Source: Lama guanicoe (lineage: Eukaryota). From it: DNA of 41,294 nucleotides. The stretch's first letter is position 1. Each line of letters starts with the position of its first letter. Below, piece by piece: positions 33,993 through 41,294 of the stretch. The position numbers and the translations under genes were made by a program. The stretch lies in assembly GCA_013239625.1 (NCBI GenBank), contig MU054323.1, forward strand, positions 12,051,815-12,093,108. The letters are read 5' to 3'. The notes beneath the pieces were generated by a model. The model had not been told where the DNA came from. It saw only the letters and a list, made by a program, of their open reading frames with translations, and ran no database searches.

Positions 33993-34434
33993 GTATATTA
34001 TTTATATATTACTGAATTTAAAAAATCCCCAAACGTACCAGCTTAAAATAATAGACATTTATCATCACACACATTTATTTTCCAGGAGTAACTTAGCTGG
34101 GTACTTCTGGCTTAGGGTTTCTCATGAAGTTACAATCAGGAACGTCAGCTAGGGCTGACATTAACTGAAGACTTGAATAAGCCTGACGCATCCACTTCCA
34201 AGATGGGTCACTCAGTCCCCTACCATGTAGATTTCTTCAAAAGGATGCTTGAGTGTCCTCATGACATGGCAACTGGCCTTCTCCAGAGCAAGTGATTTCA
34301 CATCGTCACTTCTACCACATGGTACTTGTTATAAGTCACTAAGTATAACCCACACTCAAGAGGAGGTGAATTAAGCTCCAACTTTTGAAAGCAGATAATT
34401 AAACAACTTATAAAAATATTTTAAAACAACCACA
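33993..34434 (-). mobile_element. MaLR solo LTR (MLT1G/H-like)
   Basis: CTTAGCTGGGTACTTCTGGCTTAGGGTTTCTCATGAAGTT...CCACTTCCAAGATGG...GCTTGAGTGTCCTCATGACATGGCAACTGGC...ACCACA. Confidence 0.85.
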
Positions 34435-34790
34435 ATGACACAAACCAGAATGGTAAGAATGAGATAAAGTTCAATGGAAAGAGTAAGGATCTATTTTGAA
34501 GATATAGTTGAAGGATTAGCAAATGGATTATACGTGAGGTATGAAGGAAAGAAAAGAATTAAAATGACTCCAAAGTTTCGATCCAAGCAACTCGATAAAT
34601 AGTGAGAAATTAATGGGAGAGGAATGGGTTTGGAGGATGGCAGATCAAGAGTTCTGCTCTGGATCTGTTACACTTATAATGTCTATTAAATATTCAGGTT
34701 TACAAGATTAGAAGCAAGGGGAGACATCAAAAATTGAGATGTAAATTTAGGATGTGAGAAGGATAAGGATTCTGAGGGGCCAGAGTAGAA

Positions 34791-35163
34791 TGCTATAGAC
34801 TGAATGTTTGTGTCCCTAACAAAATTCATATATTGAAATCCTAATCCCCAGTGCAATGGCACTGGGAGATGAGGCCTTTGGTAGGTGATTAAGTCATCAA
34901 GGCAAAGCCCTTGTGAAGATGATCAGTGCCCTTATAAGTGCCCTTATAGATCCTGGGGAGCTTCCTTGCCCCTTCTATTATGTCAAGACACAATGACAAG
35001 ATGGCCTGTATGAACTAAGAAGTGGGCTCTCCCCAGACACTGAATCTGCCACCACTTTGATCTGGGACTTTCCAGCCTCCAGAGCTGTGATAAAGAAATG
35101 TTTGCTGTTTAAGCCAGCCAGTCTATGGTAGTTTTGTTATAGCAGCCTGAACGCACTAAGACA
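34791..35163 (+). mobile_element. MaLR solo LTR (MLT1A0-like), full length
   Basis: TGCTATAGACTGAATGTTTGTGTCCC...AAATTCATATATTGAAATCCTAATCCCCA...GTCTATGGTAGTTTTGTTATAGCAGCCTGAACGCACTAAGACA; TG...CA ends; internal 12-bp tandem AGTGCCCTTATA x2 (34925-34948). Confidence 0.93.
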
Positions 35164-35479
35164 ATATAAATGGTATTTAAAATGATGACATTATTTGAGG
35201 TCACCTAGGAAATGAGAAGAAAAGAGATTTTAAGACTGAGCTCTGGGGAACTCCCAGATTAGAGGTTAGGATGAGCAGGAACCAGAAAAGAGATGAAGGA
35301 GGAGTGCAGTAGAGTGCGGTATCCAGGACCAAAGTGCCAAGGATGCTGGTCAGATTGTCACAATGGGTTACAACATTCAGATGGCTGTTTCACCCCTACT
35401 GACCATTTCACTAATGGCGGCCATGTTGTCTCAGGCAGCTTAGTGCCGACACTTGGTCTTAGGCACTTTTTTAGGGTGC

Positions 35480-35870
35480 GTTGTAAAGTGGCTTCTATTA
35501 CTTTCTTGCCCAGCCAGCAAGAGACAGGCAGTACAGAGTTTTACAGAATTATGGTGTTTCCCTCATCAGTGCATTCCTCAATGCTTTGCTTCTTCCTGGG
35601 GACATAGTGGAATGTGGGGTGGAGGGGGTCACATCTGAAAAATGTATTCCAATCTTCTCCCTAAGCCTTTGGATATCTTCCTTTCTGTTACACCAAAGAA
35701 GTTGTAGCATGTCAGCTTCATTGAATCAGGCCACTGTGGAGTCCAGGTTTCAGTTAACCAAACAAGCAAACTGATAGTAACCCCTCCAGCTGCTCAAGAT
35801 AATACAGAAGTTTCAAAATCCCTGGCAATTGCACCTGTATCAATAGACGTACTTTGATCCAATATGATGT
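35480..35870 (-). pseudogene. gag: ERVL-class gag remnant
   Basis: Manual translation gives LDQSTSIDTGAIARD...SLLVWLTETWTPQWP/(frameshift)NEADMLQLLW...EDIQRLRE...ALRNALMRETP, resembling ERV-L gag (LDQAEFIDMG..SLLGWLAETW..WP..GIQRLRE..ALRNALVRGAP). Confidence 0.8.
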
Positions 35871-35896
35871 ATCATCATCCTTGGAGGCAAATACTC

Positions 35897-36270
35897 TGTC
35901 AATCGGGATATAGTCAGAAAAAAATGGAAATCACCTTAGGCGCTTTTCAGCACAAAAGGATTTAATGCAGGAGATACTGCTTAAAAGTGTTAAAAAGGAC
36001 TAGAGAATCAAAATGGGAAGAGGTGGGGAGAGGTACTGTCACCCAGAGATCAGGCCCTGCAAGAAGCCACTACCATCTGTATTAGCCTGCTCAGGCTGCA
36101 GTAACAAAGTTGGAAAGCTACTGTCATCACCGAGTGGCGTCATCATGGCAGCTGGGATTGGAATGATAGCTGTGGGTCATCATGAGAACATGGATTTGCT
36201 AATAAAATTGATGCGGGGTGTAACACAGGAAAGTTGTGGATGGCTCCAAGATGGACCAGTAATGATTCTT
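35897..36270 (-). mobile_element. ERVL LTR (LTR33-like)
   Basis: TAGTCAGAAAAAAATGGAAATCAC...GGATTTAATGCAGG...CACCCAGAGATCAG...CAAGAAGCCACTACCA. Confidence 0.65.
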
Positions 36271-36299
36271 AACACAAAAGCCAGAGTGGCCTTCGATCC

Positions 36300-36900
36300 A
36301 CAGACCTCTTCTCTGCCCCGTCTACCCTCACCCCTATAGTGATCTCATCCAGTCTCACAGATATAAATGCCACACATTTCTGTACATACCTCCAGTCCTG
36401 ATGCAGTATCTTCAGATTTGTGTATCTAACTGTCTTTAAAATAATTTCACTTGAATGACAAATAGATAATATCAAAGTTATTCTATCCCAAACTGGGGCT
36501 TAAATCCTCTTCACCCTTTTCAAACATGTTTCTCCTCAGATAGTCCCCCATCAAAGTTTCAAACAATTGCTCAGGCCGAAAACAAACAAACAAACAAAAA
36601 CTATCTTGGTATTATTCTTGAGCTCTCTTTGTCTCACATATCACATCTAATCCATCAGCCATCAGATTGGCTCTACTTTCAAAATGTAATATAAATACAA
36701 CCACTTCTCACTCTGTCCATCACTGCCACTTTGGTTCTTGCCATCATCCCATCTCACCTAGACTACTGCCATACCCCATGGCTGGTGTGCTCTGTTTTAC
36801 ACCTGAGGCCCTATTGTCTATGCTCTACAAAGCAAGCAGAGTCATCCTTTTAATGCTCAAGTCAGATCATGTCTGGCACCTGCTGCTTAATGCATAGAAC
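36300..36900 (+). mobile_element. L2 LINE
   Basis: GTGATCTCATCCAGTCTCAC...CTCCAGTCCTGA...CACATCTAATCCATCAGC...CATCTCACCTAGACTACTGC...AAGTCAGATCATGTC. Confidence 0.85.
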
Positions 36901-37194
36901 ATACTGCTTTCTCTATTACTCACCATTCACATCAGTCTAAGTCAAGGAACCACAGAACTCTTCCAAACACTCCAAAACCATCAAAACACAAGCTTAAGCT
37001 TCAGGAAATTTACCAGAGCTTCTTGGACCTTGCATTTGATTCTCATCCTTTTACAATGATACTTCTTAGCCTTTCATCCTTAACTTAGCCCTTTGAGCCC
37101 CACACCTCCCTTGCACCAATTTTTGAACAAATCCCTGAAGTGGATGGGTCATAATCTTTAAAATTTGTTCCTTCTCACTTTTTCTTATTCTCTA

Positions 37195-37350
37195 GGTAGT
37201 AATAGAAAGAATATGGGTTTGTGAATTCGCCAGTCTTTCAAAGTCTCATATCATCAGTGGACACAATACCTACTTATCAGGGGTTTATGACATTAAATGG
37301 GATAAAATAAACAAAATGCCTCGCTATAGTCAGTTCTCAATAGATGTTTC
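37195..37350 (+). mobile_element. MIR SINE (degraded)
   Basis: TAGTAATAGAAAGAATATGGGTTTG...AATACCTACTTATCAGGGGTT...ATTAAATGGGATAA...TTCTCAATAGATGTT. Confidence 0.6.
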
Positions 37351-39567
37351 CTTTCCCACTCCCTTCACCCAGTATCTACTTACTCTTCCTTTCTTCTCTT
37401 TTTATCCTGCTTTCTTTTTGAATCAAGAGTCAACTTCATATACACCCAGCCAAAGGAGAGCTGCCAAAATAAAATGAAAATTGGAGCAGATGGCCAAGTT
37501 GCTTTGACATTCATTCTCAAACCCTACTTTTACTTATGGAAAGTAAGACTCGGGTTAAAGCAGCAAATGGTGCCATTTAAGACTACCTTAATTCTTTGGC
37601 TTCCCTTGAGTTAAGAGACCAGGTTTTACTCCCCAACCTGTCCAGCCTGAATTACTTGTAAGAGTGACCAGTTTCTTCTATTGCCAAAAGTAATAAGATC
37701 TCAGAAGTTTGGTGGCTCAGAGAGGGGAATTCAATGTGTAGCTGATTTAATTTGATAGGATACTTAAATCTCAGTGCCTGCAGAGAAACTTTATTTTGTT
37801 GAAATATGAGTGTATTTGGCTCACAACACATTTTTATGTATTTAATATAGCTTAGTGTAGTGAAAAAGAGAAAAAAACATTGTTTGGATCTTTTCAAAGA
37901 AACGTATTCTTAAAATGTATCCCCCATTTTATGACAGGAAATGGGAGAGCAGTACATAAACTTTTGTAAGGAAGGGAGACTTCTGGAAAAATTAGGTTCC
38001 TGGAGATCTTTACATGTGGATGAAATACGATTGTAAATAAAACCAGCAAACTGCAGGCAGACAAGGTGATTTGTGGCCCAGGTTAGCAGAGCAGAACCCT
38101 GATTACACCTGCAAAATGTTATCAGTGAACTGAAACAGATTAAACAGACCATCTATCACTTAGTAGCAGTTTTCTGTGTTTATAATCTATTCCTACATGT
38201 TATTTACCCCTGATTTAATACTATAATAAATTCTTGTTTGGAGTTTTCAAAAGCATTGTTTTCTGTTTAAAGAAACAGTTGTTCAGGCTCAGGTGTGGGC
38301 CCTTGGTATCCCTGTTACATCCAGCTGAATTTACCAACCCGTAACCCAGTATTTCCAAAGCCTGGCACTCTCTCTTACCTAGAAGCTCAGCTCAGGAAGG
38401 AGCTAAATCTCCAAAACGTGTAAGCAACTGCCCTGCTTCCTGAGGACTTGACTCCACCCCCGCTGGAATAAGCCAGTGGTGTATAGAAGTGACACACACC
38501 TTCTATCCAAATGGATGACCTGGAGAGCTGTATTCAGCAGCAACCCATCCGACTCAACTAAATGGGCCCAACCAAGAGAGCAGAAATCACTGAACAAACT
38601 TGGGTGGCTTGTTCACTGAGCTTGGGTGGGGTCTTACCATAGGTTTTGGACCAAGTATGCTCTAAGTTCTCTAAATGCTGGACAAGTGCAAACTCATCAG
38701 GCAGCTTATTAGCCATGTCTAATTAACAGCATAAACCAGACCAGGGGCAGGGAGCAGCTGCCACAGATACTTCACTCTGGAAATGACTTCAATTTCCTTC
38801 AGGTAGTGTTTGAGCTGGAGCAATGTAAAACCCACATTTCCTATACTATTGCAATAGTACCTTTATTTTTTGCACGTGCAATGAATAATTCTGCATTTTT
38901 TAAAGAACCAGCATGTTTCCAGACAAATCTATGATACACCTTACTACAAAGTCTGTGCAAGTAATTTTTAAAAAGCAAAGCATGTCAGGTATCTTGTTGG
39001 AGATCAACACGCAGGAGTGGGGACCGTGACAAATTGCATAGCAGATTGGGTGGCATGTGCTTAGAATAAACAGGGTAGCTGCCACTCAGCTCCCACTTAC
39101 TGTTGTCAGGTGGAAATTTGGGGCTAAAGGGTAAGTGAAAATCTGGATTTTTGTCATTTTTCTTTTTTGTAAACACTATTTAGTTTAAATAAACAACGTA
39201 TTCCTGAGGTTCCATAATTTGCAACCTAGAGTTTAGCCAATAATTCTGATATTGCAGAGACTCCTGATGTTGGGGAGCAATTGAGGTCCCAGACCAGTTA
39301 CTGTCGTGGTGACCAAAGGAGGGCAGGTTATAAAAGGAAGATTATGAGTTCAGCTTGGGACCACGCAGTTTGGGAGAGGAAATCAGGGAGCTGCGGACAT
39401 TTTCCCGGGAGCACACTAATCCTTAGGAGGAGGAGGGGTGGAGGCTGAGAATTAATCGCCCAAGGAGTTGGAGGAAATCCAAAGGAGGGGACGATCACAA
39501 ACACCAGGAGAGAAGAGGGGGTGGTCAGGTAAGTGAAATCCTACACGGAGATAAAATTCCTTGTTTG

Positions 39568-39782
39568 GTATCTTAGTTTGGGCTGCTGCAACAAATATAC
39601 CAGTCTGGGCGGCTTAAACAATAGAAATGTATTTCTCACAGTTCTGGAGATTAGGAAGCCCGAGATGGAAGTGCCAACCAAGAGAATCTTCTTCCTGATT
39701 ACATCTTCATGTGGCAGAGAGAAAGAGGAAGCAAACTGTCCCATGTTTCTGCTTCTAAGGGCACTAATTCCGTGAGGGCTCC
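39568..39782 (-). mobile_element. MaLR LTR, 3' half (MLT1A-like)
   Basis: TCTTAGTTTGGGCTGCTGCAACAAA...GGCGGCTTAAACAATAGAAATGTATTTCTCACAGTTCTGGAG...TAAGGGCACTAATTCCGTGAGGGCTCC. Confidence 0.88.
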
Positions 39783-40293
39783 TGCTGCCACCCCCACCTG
39801 CTGGTGTTCACACCCTGCGTGATCCCTCTCACGACAGGGCTGGTCTGCATGACCAACAGCATGTGATGAGAGCAGTGATGAGTCACACCTAAGTTTGGAG
39901 TATAGAAGATTGTGGCACCTGTCTTGGGTACACTCTCTCTTTGTCTCTGTCTCTGTCTCTGTCTCTGTCTACCTCTCTGGTCTTTTGCTCTAGGAGAAGC
40001 AAGCTTCCATGTTTTGAGAAGCCCCATGGAGAAGTCGCATGTGATGAGAACAAAAGTCTCTGAACAATGGCTAGGGAGAACCGAAGGATCAACCATCTGA
40101 GGGAACGTGGAAGTCTACTCCAGCCTCAGCTGAACCTTGAGATGACCACAGCTCCACTGGCAGCTTTACCACAAGCATGTGAGAAACCCTGAGCCAGAAC
40201 CACCCAACTAAGCTGTTTCCAAATTCCTGATCCTAAGAAAATGTGTGAGATAGCATTTGGGGTAATCTGTTACCCAGCATTAGATAACTAACA
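39783..40293 (+). mobile_element. MaLR LTR (MLT1E/F-like), contains (GTCTCT)n
   Basis: CCCCACCTGCTGGTGTTCACACCCTG...GAGAAACCCTGAGCCAGAACCACCCAACTAAGCTG...TTTGGGGTAATCTGTTACCCAGCATTAGATAACTAACA. Confidence 0.88.
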
Positions 40294-40774
40294 CCCTGAG
40301 AGCCATTCAGTGGAGCATTGGGGTGGAATCCAAAACACAATAGGCTAAACAGTGATTTATATAAGAGGAAATGGAAAATGGAAATGCGGGTGAACTCTTT
40401 CAAGAACTTGACTATAAGGGATTGATGGATGACTGATAAAAGTAGCACGGATTTGGCATTAGGAAAGAGTTTGCTTTTATTCTTTAATGGGAGAGGCTTA
40501 AAGCTAATAGAGTTTAATGATAAAGATCATGCAGGAATGCATCAAGGTCCTCATGGAGGCAGAGGAAAGGTAGGCATGCCTTCATGGCATCAAGAGGACA
40601 GTGAGGATGTAGTTCAGATAACTGAAGCAGTTGGAGGGAAGGAGTCAAAAATCCTAGTGGCTCCAGCATGTGTGACTCTGCCTCTTGCTGGTTCTAAGCC
40701 ACTGCTGTGCCGTCTATAAGGTACCTAGTCTTTCCAGGTTCCAAGCACGTTCATGTGCTCTCAACTCTCCACCC

Positions 40775-41294
40775 AGGACGTCTCAACCCGATTAATACTC
40801 TGCTTCAACTTGCTCTTCTATTATTCACTATACACTGTTTTCAAACTCTCTTTCTCCCTTCTTTTAAAAATTTTTCTCTCTCTCTATTTTTTTCTTTTTT
40901 CTCCTAAGTTCTATTCCTAAATAGGCATTAGATAGATAAAATCCTTAAGATCCAAAATAGACAACTGATACTCCATAAACCACAGTGCCAGAGAGGTATG
41001 AGCAAGATGAAGAAGCAGAGAAACCTTTCCCAATTAGAAGAACAAGAGGAATCCCCTGAAAGAAAGATCAATGAAATAGACATCGATAGCCTACTAGATC
41101 AAGATTTCAAAAAAAGAGTGATCAAATTGCTGAAGGAATTAAAAGAGATAGTGTTTAGAGATATAAAATATGTCAAAAATGAAACTGAAGCTATAAAGAA
41201 GAGCCAAGTAGAATGGGTAAACTCATTGAAAGAAATGAGGAATGATCTAATAGCTGTGCAAAGCCGACTAGATAACGCAGAGGAACGAATTAGT
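40775..41294 (+). mobile_element. Young lineage-specific L1 (distal 5' UTR + ORF1), runs off the window
   Basis: Pyrimidine-rich 5' UTR segment followed by an open, A-rich ORF1 with CpGs retained. 5' boundary approximate. Confidence 0.88.
40998..41294 (+). CDS. L1 ORF1p N-terminus and coiled coil (partial, 99 codons open to the window end)
   Basis: MSKMKKQRNLSQLEEQEESPERKINEIDIDSLLDQDFKKRVIKLLKELKE...NSLKEMRNDLIAVQSRLDNAEERIS, with typical ORF1p L.D.DFK..IK.L.EL and SRLD.AEERIS motifs. Absent from the ORF track because it has no stop in the window. Confidence 0.9.
   Translation, partial: MSKMKKQRNLSQLEEQEESPERKINEIDIDSLLDQDFKKRVIKLLKELKEIVFRDIKYVKNETEAIKKSQVEWVNSLKEMRNDLIAVQSRLDNAEERIS

Noticed and set aside
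39764..40100. ORFs with RQRQ / DRDR / LCLC repeats
   Set aside because: Translations of (GTCTCT)n inside a MaLR LTR.

Overview
AT-rich, CpG-depleted mammalian genomic DNA, intergenic or deep intronic. The L1 3' end at 18.9-19.3 kb resembles cetartiodactyl (probably camelid) L1, and I see no Alu, B1/B2, Bov-A/tA, PRE or SINEC elements. I find no host protein-coding exon, RNA gene or CRISPR array, and almost all ORF-track entries look like chance ORFs. About half the window is transposable-element debris: MIR, L2, old L1M, MaLR/ERVL LTRs and hAT/Tigger MITEs. The dominant structure is a ~6.4 kb two-LTR endogenous retrovirus on the minus strand (8984-15390), inserted in a MER20 with a GTTTT target duplication. 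It has a tRNA-Ser primer-binding site, a splice donor, a polypurine tract, and only stubs of gag-MA, RNase H/integrase and a signal-peptide/CWIC env SU, separated by long AT-rich non-coding blocks. This looks like a non-autonomous, mosaic class-I-like element. Other notable items are a 5'-truncated L1 with a double A-tail (possible micro 3' transduction), a MER2-like element with an internal hairpin, an ERVL gag remnant, and a young L1 whose ORF1 is open to the window edge. Repeat family names come from remembered consensus sequences, not from a search. I see no convincing new biological system.
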